Shown: positions 18,101 through 26,147 of the stretch, one piece after another
Numbering within the stretch: the stretch's first letter is position 1
Layout of the letters: every line of letters begins with the position of its first letter
NCBI GenBank assembly: GCA_020726405.1
Contig: DYSB01000002.1
Coordinates: 1-61,593 of the forward strand
Source: Acetofilamentum sp.
Lineage (GTDB): Bacteria; CAIWAD01
DNA length: 61,593 nt
Direction of reading: 5' to 3'
Made by a program: the position numbers and the translations under genes
Notes under the pieces: generated by a model
Seen by the model: the letters and a program-made list of their open reading frames with translations, nothing else
What the model was told of the DNA's origin: nothing
Database searches by the model: none

Positions 18101-18527
18101 CCTGTACGCTTTGCCCGATGGAATACAGGCTGCAGATCTCCGGAAAATCTGCCGCGTAGGCCTGCAACAGAGAGGTCAGAGCCAAGTAGTTGTGGTAATC
18201 CCGCTCCCGTTCCGGCAACTCCTGCTGACGCAACCACATTTCGCGGGTCGGATCCGGAATGGAGATCGGGTTCAAACCCATGCCCCGCAACTGGGTCAGT
18301 TCCGTGCCAGACAACCAAAGTTCAATCTCGGCCATGCCATTGGGCTGCCAAGCGCGCGCCGAGCCCAGACCCCGGACCATGGATATGTCCACTCCGGACT
18401 GCTGGACCAATTGCAAGATTTCCGGCGTCGCGTGTTCGATTCTAAACAAGTTCTTTTGACCGACTGCGGTTTGGGCATTCAACGTCCCGGCCAAGAATAG
18501 AACGATGGTGAAGAGCCATGCTCTCAT
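15165..18527 (-). CDS. M14-family zinc carboxypeptidase (CPD/CPE-like subfamily), 1120 aa, multidomain, secreted
   Basis: Signal peptide. Motifs STMHGNEPLG, DLNRNFPD, ANFHTGALLVNYP and MEVTIELS. A transthyretin-like regulatory domain follows, then the same accessory cassette as the C25 protein. Confidence 0.9.
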   Translation of the reverse strand: MRAWLFTIVLFLAGTLNAQTAVGQKNLFRIEHATPEILQLVQQSGVDISMVRGLGSARAWQPNGMAEIELWLSGTELTQLRGMGLNPISIPDPTREMWLRQQELPERERDYHNYLALTSLLQAYAADFPEICSLYSIGQSVQGRELWVLKITDNPELNEDEPEFKYISTMHGNEPLGTEMLLSLIDDLLVEYGTDTRLTGLVNNMEIHILPMMNPDGNTAGTRTNANDVDLNRNFPDPYNSPSNTPIGRQPETAAVMIWTQAKDFDLSANFHTGALLVNYPFDNNAAGSSVYTASPDDDLFIQVSEAYSSHNLPMWNGDFFHGITNGADWYAMSGGMQDWNYVYEGGMEVTIELSDTFWPDASQLPTYWNNNRESLLSYMEWALRGIRGITTSSATGLPLSGVEVRVTNRDFATWSAAEIGDYHRILPAGAYPLSFSKAGYQTQTFNLVSVGNGLATVLNVALQPLVAAPDFALGTIVVQDGGNGRLNPGESATLILELQNVGTTSATALLASLESSSPWVNVETGAQALGNLLPEHSVSASFQVSVDAQAPIGSTLDFNLVASSTERTETLPFGLSVGLIVEDFESGNLAYWPWVLSGTTDWGVSSGAFEGDWCARSGVVGNSQTSRMALTQTFLSSGTVQFMARVSTEANYDFLKVYLDGVTQLSLSGIVGWTSYSLPISAGAHTLLFSYEKDGSEVGGEDAVFVDFLQLPPVAPTPRPDWTLSPPELVATLSPGAETVEHVLIQNNGSAELNWTASLSLDDPARARTQPEWKLGKDEFDPRSEDCRRNAGGPDAFGYTWVDSRQTGGPAFAWVEINTLGTALTGADDANYGPLALGFDMPFYGTLYSSVRVCTNGFLSFTSTETAYNNVVMPGSAVPNNLIAPFWDDLNPAAGGTIYYWDDPAADRFIVEYRNVRHYSGTTTETFQVILLGDGTITLQYQTVATANSCSVGIENLTGTDGLGLNYNSAGFLVNSLAIRFTAPLLTEPWAELSPLSGSVAAGSSTQLGVALSAADLADGTYTGTISLTSNDPDTPAINVPLTLVVSSQVDPVENLQISVVDGQALLGWSAVPNAQGYRVYRSATGYSGWSLVGEVGTPGWTTSQLGDERAFFWVSAVR
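15168..15380 (-). other. Terminal FN3-like domain of the M14 protease
   Basis: VENLQISVVDGQALLGWSAVPNAQGYRVYRSATGYSGWSLVGEV...AFFWVSAVR. Confidence 0.6.
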
Positions 18528-18737
18528 CGAAATGGAACTCCTGCTATTGATGCAAATGAGGTTGGTCGTTCCGGATTACAATGCTAACGGATTGCAAGAA
18601 TGGTGCCAGCGCAGTAGGTGCGAATCTATCGCATTGAGATTGGGCAGACTCTGACTTGCGATTGCGGCACAAATGGAAGGATCAGAGGCCTGCGCCCTGG
18701 CAAGCCGGTTGGAAGAGGTCGTCCAGCTGCAGGTGAA

Positions 18738-19640
18738 CTATTTAAGTAGAATGGCCCGTTCCTGTACTTGCAAGATTCCATCCTGCCACAAGCGCAGCAG
18801 GTAAACGCCAGAGGCTATGCCACCTGACGTGGAAGAGTGCCACGTGACCTCGTGTGCCCCGCTGTTCAGCCAGCCCAGCGCCTGCTCCTCCACCAGCCGC
18901 CCGGCCAGATCATGGATGCGCAGGGTGACATACCCGGGTCCTGCAAGCTGGAAAGTCAGCCGGGTACTGGGATTGAAGGGGTTGGGGCTCACGCTCAAAA
19001 AGGTGGCAGGCCTGGCGAGGGGCGAATCCGCCACGTCCACGTCGAAGCTCTCCAGCTGCGCCGTTCCATCCGTCACCAGGATGGGCATGCCGCCGTTCTC
19101 GCTGTCGATCAGAATCCCGCTGAAGCTGTATTCGAGCTGGGTGGCATCCAGACTGGTGATGTTCATGGAAGTGGCCGAGCCCACCAGCTTGTACTCCGCG
19201 GACAGCGCGCCCAGCTCTTCCTCAAAATCCAGGCTGTCGCTGAAATCCGGCAGCGACAGACTGTCCAGATGCCAAAGGAAGAAAAGGGTCACTGTGGTGG
19301 TGGGATTGGCCACATTGCCTTCCTCCACCGGTCCCGGGCTGCGGTACAAGAGGCCGAAGACGTTCCAGGTCGTGTCCTCAGCCACATCCTGTTGCACCGC
19401 CAGGGTCAGCAATTGCTGGGCCGCGCTGGTATCCGTGGCGAAAATCGCCCCGCCCAGGCCTTGATCCAGTTCTGGAATCCATTGAGAGGTATCGATGGCG
19501 CCCTCCACACTGAAGTCGCCGTTGAAATCCCCGAACAGTTGGCTGTACTGGAAATCCAGTTCGCCGGCATAGAACACCTGACTCAATTGGGCCCAACTGG
19601 TGGTCGCCAGCAGCAACAAGAGCGTGAAGCAGCGGATCAT
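18738..19640 (-). CDS. Hypothetical secreted protein with a T9SS type-A C-terminal sorting domain
   Basis: The internal start MIRCFTLLLLLATTSWAQ is preceded by GGGAG. The C-terminus reads PNPFNPSTRLTF...GVYLLRLW...AILLK. Confidence 0.75.
   Translation of the reverse strand: MIRCFTLLLLLATTSWAQLSQVFYAGELDFQYSQLFGDFNGDFSVEGAIDTSQWIPELDQGLGGAIFATDTSAAQQLLTLAVQQDVAEDTTWNVFGLLYRSPGPVEEGNVANPTTTVTLFFLWHLDSLSLPDFSDSLDFEEELGALSAEYKLVGSATSMNITSLDATQLEYSFSGILIDSENGGMPILVTDGTAQLESFDVDVADSPLARPATFLSVSPNPFNPSTRLTFQLAGPGYVTLRIHDLAGRLVEEQALGWLNSGAHEVTWHSSTSGGIASGVYLLRLWQDGILQVQERAILLK
18741..18995 (-). other. T9SS type-A C-terminal domain (Por_Secre_tail-like)
   Basis: SVSPNPFNPSTRLTFQL...IHDLAGRLV...SGVYLLRLWQDG...ERAILLK. 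Confidence 0.75.
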
Positions 19641-19828
19641 CTGAACTCCCGAGGCCAAAGGTTGTGCAAGCGGTCGGAAACGGGTCTGAAAATACTGCCC
19701 CCGCATGGGCACAGCAAGCGGAAACTCTTGCCCATGAGGAACTTTTCCCCCAGGCTCCGTGACAATGGCGCTGCGAAGCCGCCCGGAACCTAGAGCGCAT
19801 CTTATTGCCTGTCATAACTTTCCGCTCC

Positions 19829-19849
19829 ATTCACCGAATTCCGGTGAAT
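19829..19849. promoter_or_regulatory. Inverted repeat ATTCACCG-N5-CGGTGAAT upstream of the 19918 operon
   Basis: Perfect 8-bp arms about 70 nt upstream of ATG 19918, in a divergent intergenic region. Confidence 0.3.
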
Positions 19850-19917
19850 CGGCGTGTCCGGCATGGGCTTTGCTCCTAGCCCTCCGGCACGTATTCCCTG
19901 AGTCCAGCTGGAGAGCC

Positions 19918-21384
19918 ATGCGTCGTTCCGCATTCCTATTGTTGGCGCTGTGTGTCGCCCCACCCCTGGCCGCTCGCTATCGCGTGGGCGACTCGCCGCT
20001 TTTTCTGCAGGAAACCCGCAAGGGCCGGATGATCCTGGAAGCCCAGGGCAAGCAATTTGCCATTCAGGCGGACACCATCCGGATGGAAAGTGCCCTGCAG
20101 CTTGAGGTGGGCATCAACGATCGCCTGAGTTTTGAGTTCAGCTATCCGTTCTTGATGGAAGAGCAAGGGGGACTGAGTAAGAGCGGCCAGGGCGATCTTC
20201 TGGCGGCCTTGAGCTATCACCACCCCGTCCCTGCCTGGCCCTTCCTGCAACTGGGAGTGCGTCAGGCTCTGATCTTTCCCAGTGGGTTCAGAAGAGAACT
20301 GGCTGGTTTTGACAGCTTCACAGCCGGGCGAACCCAGTCGGAAACCCTTGTCCAACTTGAGTTTGGCGACAGCCCGACCGAGAAGTCCCCGCTGTGGTTG
20401 TCCCTGAACGGCGGCATCAGAACCGACAACCACCTGGAAAACTCACAGCTGCTCTGGGGCGCCTCCATGCGCTACCACCTGTTCAAACGCTGGGTGTTCG
20501 TGGAGAGCGAACTAGCCCAGGAAATGTCCACGGCCACAAAGGAAGCCCGCTACCAATTCAGTGCCGGGGCCGGGCTCAGGCTGCCTTTCGGCTTCCAATT
20601 CCGCGTGGGCGCCGAAGAACGCGTGTTGTATGATCTGGACCGCTTCGGTCTGTACGCCGGGCTGCGTTGGCAGCACCAGCCGCCCCAGCTGATTCGCTTG
20701 CAGCACCGGCATTTGCGCGATTTCCTGCATCGGCAATTGGAGGAAAAGAACCGGGTTCCGTCCTTCACCCTCGAGCCCGGCACCCCCGCTCTGCTGACGG
20801 AAGCCGGTCGCCTGCCCTTCCTGCCCCTGCGGGTCGCCCTGCTCCCGGTGGAGGACACCGGCGGCGCACCCGTCGCCTTGGCCCTGTGCGATGGCCTCCG
20901 ACAGGCATTCGAAGCGGACACCAGTTTCCAAATCATCCCCGCGGACGAGGTGCGCCGGGTGCTGCTCACCCAGCATCTGGACCCGGAGCGGATGGTCGAC
21001 GAGCACCGCCTGAATGAGATCGGGCGCGCCCTGTACGCGGATCTTGTCCTGCAAGGGCGGGTGCTCAGTTTTGAGCCGGCCTTGCTCAGCGGCTTTCACT
21101 GGCCGCCTTTCCTGGCCGGCACCCGGTCGGGCAGTCGGCTGGAGGCCCGCTTGTGGTTGCATCAAGTAGACCAGCCGGGTCCTCCCGTTCAGGCCCTGCT
21201 AAGTCGCGAACAACAAGGCAAACGGCGCTGGAGCACATTCCCGGTGACGCACGGACACCGGGAAAAGCCGGGCAGCGCCGTGGAGCGCAGCCAGTTGATG
21301 CGTCAAGTGATGGACGCTTGGTGCGCTTCTGCCCGTGAATCTTTGTTGTATGAAGTGACGGAACAAACGGTGGTCCAAGAATGA
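19918..21384 (+). CDS. Hypothetical exported protein: putative beta-barrel N-terminal half plus an alpha/beta C-terminal domain
   Basis: Start MRRSAFLLLALCVAPPLAA at 19918. The N-terminal half shows an alternating hydrophobic beta-strand pattern. The C-terminal half (VALLPVEDTGG...LCDGLRQAF...ADLVLQGRVLSF) recalls LpoB/CsgG/TolB-N-type folds. This is a weak call. Confidence 0.6.
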   Translation: MRRSAFLLLALCVAPPLAARYRVGDSPLFLQETRKGRMILEAQGKQFAIQADTIRMESALQLEVGINDRLSFEFSYPFLMEEQGGLSKSGQGDLLAALSYHHPVPAWPFLQLGVRQALIFPSGFRRELAGFDSFTAGRTQSETLVQLEFGDSPTEKSPLWLSLNGGIRTDNHLENSQLLWGASMRYHLFKRWVFVESELAQEMSTATKEARYQFSAGAGLRLPFGFQFRVGAEERVLYDLDRFGLYAGLRWQHQPPQLIRLQHRHLRDFLHRQLEEKNRVPSFTLEPGTPALLTEAGRLPFLPLRVALLPVEDTGGAPVALALCDGLRQAFEADTSFQIIPADEVRRVLLTQHLDPERMVDEHRLNEIGRALYADLVLQGRVLSFEPALLSGFHWPPFLAGTRSGSRLEARLWLHQVDQPGPPVQALLSREQQGKRRWSTFPVTHGHREKPGSAVERSQLMRQVMDAWCASARESLLYEVTEQTVVQE

Positions 21385-22904
21385 TACGCCTGTTCTACTT
21401 GGTGGTGGTGATTCTAACCGCTTGGTTTTCCGGCTGCGCGAAGGTTCCCCGTGAGGACCAAAACCTGGAGCCCATGATCCGCAACCTGCGCTTGGAGTCC
21501 GAATCCAGCTATCCTGGCCAAACCCTGTTGCTGCGGGCGGACATCTCTGATCCCGACGGCGATTCGCTGGATGTTGAGTGGCAAGCCAGTGTGGGGTTGA
21601 TCACCAGCAGCTATCAGGACTCGGCCCGCTGGACCAGCCCGGATAGCAGCGCCTTCGCCCGAGTGGTGGTCAGCGCCACGGATCCCCTGGGCAACGTCAG
21701 TTCGGATACACTGCGCTTCTGGGTCCACAACCAGCTTCCGGTCATTCAGGAATTGCGCGCCTCCGCCACGACCGTCTTGCATGGCAATACGATCACGGTC
21801 CACGGTCATGCCAGCGATCCTGATTCCCATGCTGTCTCACTGCAGTGGAGCACACCGTGGGGCAGTCTCTCCACGACAAGCGGGGACTCCCTGCGCTGGA
21901 CCGTACCTGATTCCACCATGCACGCCTGGCTGGCGCTGGCCGCCGTGGACGAATACGGCGCCGTGACCCGCGACACGCTGACCGTCACGGTCTACACGGA
22001 AGTGGGCTGCGCGTGGATCATCAGCCAAGGGCAGCAGGAGGTGGTCAAGCTCTCGTCCATCGGCGACGAACTGCTGCGCTTGGGGGGATTCCACGACTTG
22101 CAAGACTTGGATGTGGATCCGGAGAATCGCCGGCTGTGGCTCTGCGAAGGGGACCCGCCCAACTTGATCAGCCTGGACCTCAAAGGGCAGGAACTGTTCC
22201 GCGTGCAATCGGGACTGGTTCGGCCCACCCGATTGCGCAGTTGGTTCCGCACCGGCAGTGTTCTGGTGCTGGATGCCGACAGCGCCCAGGTGGTGGAGTT
22301 CAACATCTTCGGCGATCGGGAAGTCCGGCGCATCGGCGGGCTGATCCGGCCCAACGCACTGGACCTGGACCAGCGCACCGGCGCCTTGTGGATCTGCGAT
22401 GAAGGCAACAACTACCTTTACCACGTGGCGGATGGCTTTGAAGGCAGCATCGACGACGTACAAACCAGCCCGCACGTGATCCGCCGCGATGGCTACCAGT
22501 TCCCGGTGGATGTCTCGGTGGAAGATTCGACGGGGGCCTGCTGGCTGGTGGACAAGGAAGCCGGCATGCTGGTCCGCTACGAACCCAATGGCGTGGACAG
22601 TTTGATTATCAGTGGCTTCCAGAATCCGGTGGCGGTGGCGGCCACCTGGTCGGAAGGACTATGCTGGGTGCTGGACCGCGGGCTCAATTCCAGCGTGCAT
22701 CGCTACTTCTTTGATCAGGAGCAAGTCGCGTTGGACGGCCTGCTGTTCCCGAAGGACTTGGCTTTCAATCGGATCGACTCGCATGTCTGGGTGCTGGACA
22801 CGGAGCGCAACCGGGTGCTACGGATCCGCCCCGAGGGCAGCATCGCCGGTACCTGGACAGATTTCGACTTCCCCACCCGCATCGTGATCAACGGTGGGTA
22901 CTGA
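21381..22904 (+). CDS. Lipoprotein with two PKD/Ig-like repeats and a C-terminal beta-propeller-like region
   Basis: ATGA overlap with the upstream gene. Lipobox LTAWFSGC. There are two tandem repeats of about 85 aa (ADISDPDGDSLDVEWQ... and HASDPDSHAVSLQWS...), then repeated blade-like segments. Confidence 0.7.
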   Translation: MIRLFYLVVVILTAWFSGCAKVPREDQNLEPMIRNLRLESESSYPGQTLLLRADISDPDGDSLDVEWQASVGLITSSYQDSARWTSPDSSAFARVVVSATDPLGNVSSDTLRFWVHNQLPVIQELRASATTVLHGNTITVHGHASDPDSHAVSLQWSTPWGSLSTTSGDSLRWTVPDSTMHAWLALAAVDEYGAVTRDTLTVTVYTEVGCAWIISQGQQEVVKLSSIGDELLRLGGFHDLQDLDVDPENRRLWLCEGDPPNLISLDLKGQELFRVQSGLVRPTRLRSWFRTGSVLVLDADSAQVVEFNIFGDREVRRIGGLIRPNALDLDQRTGALWICDEGNNYLYHVADGFEGSIDDVQTSPHVIRRDGYQFPVDVSVEDSTGACWLVDKEAGMLVRYEPNGVDSLIISGFQNPVAVAATWSEGLCWVLDRGLNSSVHRYFFDQEQVALDGLLFPKDLAFNRIDSHVWVLDTERNRVLRIRPEGSIAGTWTDFDFPTRIVINGGY

Positions 22905-23625
22905 GCCCGTTCAGGAACAGGCCCATGATCTCCTCGGCCATCTCCGTGGCAGTGCGGATCTCCCCGCCATCCTGGAAGGCCTGCGTGTAGACGCCCAGCG
23001 TTTCCAGGAAGGTTGAACACACCCGCTCAGCATCCATGCGGCAAAATTCCCCAGTCTCCATTCCTTTGACCAGCAAGCTTTTCAACCGCTCGCGAATCTC
23101 CAGATACAGTTGCTGAGACTGGTCATGCCAGGGATTTTCCGCCGGTTGCAGCAGCCGATGCTGCACTTGCCGATGGATGACAAAGAAATCCAGATGCTTG
23201 CGGTAATAGATCAGGAACATCACGCACAGCGTGCGGAACTGGTGGGACAAGCCGCCCTCCGGAGTCCCGGTCTTGCGCAGGATCCCCAACAGATCCTGGT
23301 ACCCGTCCGTCAAGATGCTGTGAAACAAGTGTTCCTTGTTGTCAAAGAACTGGTAGAGAGTCGGCTTGGCGAACTCCGCCTGCTTGGCGATGTCATCCAG
23401 TGTGGCGCCATTGAACCCCCGCCGAGCGAACTGCTGACGCGCCACGTCCAGGATTTCCCGGCGGCGCTGGATCCGCTCCCGGGCTTTGCGTCCAAGTCCG
23501 CCCTCTTCTGCCTGCATGTCGGCCGACACCAGAGCCCGTGGTTGCAGGCCTTGGGCAACTTGGCGAAATGTCTGGATGGGCAAGGCCGGCCCGTTTGCTT
23601 CCGGGATGGGTTCAATTGGCATCAT
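22888..23625 (-). CDS. TetR/AcrR family transcriptional regulator
   Basis: HTH region RREILDVARQQFARRGFNGATLDDIAKQAEFAKPTLYQFFDNKEHLF. ATG 23625 is directly preceded by GGAGGA. Confidence 0.85.
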   Translation of the reverse strand: MMPIEPIPEANGPALPIQTFRQVAQGLQPRALVSADMQAEEGGLGRKARERIQRRREILDVARQQFARRGFNGATLDDIAKQAEFAKPTLYQFFDNKEHLFHSILTDGYQDLLGILRKTGTPEGGLSHQFRTLCVMFLIYYRKHLDFFVIHRQVQHRLLQPAENPWHDQSQQLYLEIRERLKSLLVKGMETGEFCRMDAERVCSTFLETLGVYTQAFQDGGEIRTATEMAEEIMGLFLNGLSTHR

Positions 23626-23646
23626 GGATCCTCCTGGTTCAGGCCC

Positions 23647-23664
23647 AACTTGAGATATCAAGTT
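23647..23664. promoter_or_regulatory. Inverted repeat AACTTGA-gata-TCAAGTT, a candidate TetR operator
   Basis: Perfect 7-bp arms lie 22-39 nt upstream of the TetR start, in the 314-bp region shared with the divergent kinase gene. Confidence 0.35.
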
Positions 23665-23939
23665 CTTACTGGCAAGTAGAATTTTAGCCAAGATCGTCCG
23701 GCACGCGCCAGCAGCTTGTCGGGCTTGGGCCGTCGACGATCCAGTATTGCCAAGTCGCCTTCTACCCTCTTCGTCGTGGCCCTGGACAACGGCCACCTCA
23801 CAAATAGAAAAACCGCCAGTGCCAGGAGCAGGGCGGCGGCGTTTTGTTACGATGGGTGTGACTTCTCTCCGTTCCCGAGCCCGGACCTTATTTCTCATCC
23901 CCTGAATTCCGATACTGTTGAAGTCATTGTTGGACAATC

Positions 23940-25724
23940 ATGCAGATTACCGGCCGCATTCTTCGCCACCACTTGTTGGCCTACTCCGCCCTGACGCTCC
24001 TGCTCACTCTGGGCTTGATCACCATGGTCGCCTGGTTTCCCTTGACCCGCCGGGTGACGGCCTCCGCGGAAAACACTCTGCGGCATGACACCGAGATGCG
24101 GGCCCGGGTGGTGGACGAGACCTTGCGGCGGCTCTCTGAACTGGGCTGGCAGGTCTCCAGCCGCACGGCGGCGCGCATCACCACTGCTGAACTGAACCGC
24201 GGCATGCTCAGTCCCGAAGAGGCGTCCGCCCTGCTGGCCCCCAAGCTGCGGGATGCCGTGGAGTTCTCCAGCGAGCTGCGCAGCCTGATCCGGGTGGATC
24301 CCAACGGGGCGCCGATCGTCCAAGTGGGTAGTCAAATTCCGGACTCCATCCAGCAGTTGCCAATCCGCTTCGACCTGCAGGACACGTGGTCAGCCGGCCC
24401 GGCGCGGCGCGGCCGCCAGGGCTTGACCCGGGTGTTCCAGCTGGACGGATCCCCTCACGTGATCCTGCACACGCCGGTTTTTTCTCCTGATCAACGTGTG
24501 GTGGCGACGGACAAACTGGTTTTCGATCTGGGCGTCCTGCGCGAATCCCTGTCGCTGCCCCTGCTGCGCCAGCATGAGGTTTCCTGCCAGCTGCTGACCC
24601 TGACGCCGAATGAGGATCGGGTGGAGCCAGTCCTCCAGGCTGCGCCGCGGGCCCAGCGCATCATTCGGAATCTGAGCGGCTCCACGCCGAAGACCCTGTT
24701 GGTTTCAGAAAGCCAGCTCTTTTCCATCGCCGACCTGCTGGTCTGTGCGACACCCATCCAGGGCTGCTCCTGGTGGCTGGCTGTGGCCGTGCCACGGCAG
24801 GGTCTACTGGGGGAATCCCGCACCTGGCTCGTCAGCATCCTGGCCACGGTGCTCGGATTGGGTCTGGTGGGACTGCTGGGAAGCCTGGTGCTAATGCGCC
24901 CCCTGCGGGACAAAATCCTTGTGGCCCAAAGTGATCTGCGCCGACAGGTGGCGGAAATGGAGCAATCTCGCCAGCGGCTGGAGGCCCAGTCCAGCCTGTT
25001 GCTGGAGCGCAACGAGGATCTGCGGCACCTGGCCTATGCCTCGGCCCACGACCTGAAAAGTCCGCTGATCTCCATTGGCGGTCATGCCCAGATGCTGTTG
25101 GATCGACTGGGGCCGGAACTGACCCCGGAGCGACGCCAGAGTTTGGAGTTCATTCTGGCCGGCTCCAAGCGAATGTTCCAACACGTCAACGATATGCTGG
25201 ACTATTCCCGGGCTGCCGAGATCGAGCCACAACTGGTCCGGCTGCCGCTGGACCGGCTGTGCCAGGACATCCTGGCCAGCCTGGACGGGCGCATTCGGGA
25301 AAGCCAAGCCCGAGTGGAGGCCCAGAATCTGCCGGTTATTCAAGGGGAGCGCCGCCTCCTGCGCATGATCCTGCAAAATCTGGTGGACAACGCCATCTGC
25401 TACCGTCAGCCCGAACGGGCTCCGGTGATCGTCATCTCAGCCAGCTGCTCCAGTGATGAACTGGTGATCCGCGTGCAGGACAATGGCTTGGGCATCTCGC
25501 CGGATCATCAGCCGCAGATCTTCGAATCCTTCTACCGCCTGCATGACGACGCCGCCATTCCGGGAACCGGCTTGGGCCTAGCCATCTGCCAGCGGGCGGT
25601 GCGCCGCCTGAAAGGTGCGATCGAACTGGAGAGCGAGCCGGGTCGGGGTTCCTGCTTCACCATCCGCCTGCCCCAGCCCACCCGGACCGAGGAAGGCGGT
25701 GAGCATGACCACGCCCACGCCTAA
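23940..25724 (+). CDS. Membrane sensor histidine kinase
   Basis: Two TM helices flank a periplasmic region of about 260 aa. H-box ASAHDLKSPL, N-box LQNLVDNAICY, G1 VQDNGLGI and G2 GTGLGLAICQ. Confidence 0.9.
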   Translation: MQITGRILRHHLLAYSALTLLLTLGLITMVAWFPLTRRVTASAENTLRHDTEMRARVVDETLRRLSELGWQVSSRTAARITTAELNRGMLSPEEASALLAPKLRDAVEFSSELRSLIRVDPNGAPIVQVGSQIPDSIQQLPIRFDLQDTWSAGPARRGRQGLTRVFQLDGSPHVILHTPVFSPDQRVVATDKLVFDLGVLRESLSLPLLRQHEVSCQLLTLTPNEDRVEPVLQAAPRAQRIIRNLSGSTPKTLLVSESQLFSIADLLVCATPIQGCSWWLAVAVPRQGLLGESRTWLVSILATVLGLGLVGLLGSLVLMRPLRDKILVAQSDLRRQVAEMEQSRQRLEAQSSLLLERNEDLRHLAYASAHDLKSPLISIGGHAQMLLDRLGPELTPERRQSLEFILAGSKRMFQHVNDMLDYSRAAEIEPQLVRLPLDRLCQDILASLDGRIRESQARVEAQNLPVIQGERRLLRMILQNLVDNAICYRQPERAPVIVISASCSSDELVIRVQDNGLGISPDHQPQIFESFYRLHDDAAIPGTGLGLAICQRAVRRLKGAIELESEPGRGSCFTIRLPQPTRTEEGGEHDHAHA

Positions 25725-25971
25725 ACGCTTCCCAGCCGTGCCACCGACGGTTCTGGACCGGAAGTGCACGGGCTGCGGGGCCTGTGTCGCCGCCTGCCAG
25801 CCGGACGCCATTCACCTGGAACTGCTTGAAGACGGCCGCAAGCGCGCCCAAGTGAACGCGGAACTCTGTCGTTTGCATGGAGATTGCCTGGTGGCATGCC
25901 CCCACGAGGCCCTGTTCGTCTGGAAGTGGCAGCACTCAGACCACAGACATCCAGCGAAGCCTGAGGGCTGA
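25705..25971 (+). CDS. Small 4Fe-4S ferredoxin-type protein (seven Cys)
   Basis: Start MTTPTPKRF. CTGCGACVAACQ plus CRLHGDCLVACP. It overlaps the kinase stop by 20 nt. Confidence 0.6.
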   Translation: MTTPTPKRFPAVPPTVLDRKCTGCGACVAACQPDAIHLELLEDGRKRAQVNAELCRLHGDCLVACPHEALFVWKWQHSDHRHPAKPEG

Positions 25972-25986
25972 TTCTGACCCTCCCCC

Positions 25987-26012
25987 GGGCCCGTCCGCCG
26001 GGCCCGTCCGCC
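25987..26012. repeat. Perfect tandem duplication of the 13-mer GGGCCCGTCCGCC
   Basis: Two adjacent identical copies lie just downstream of the ferredoxin stop. They can form GC hairpins (GCCCG...CGGGC). Confidence 0.8.
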
Positions 26013-26147
26013 GGCGGCTTTCTCCCCATCCCCGTCCAGACTTTTCTGCCGGCCCCGGTCGTGGTCAACTTTGTGCTGCGCCAGTCAGGCCCTATCTTCA
26101 TGCCTCTTAATCGACATCTGTCTGCCCGGACCGGCAAGGAGTGGAAC

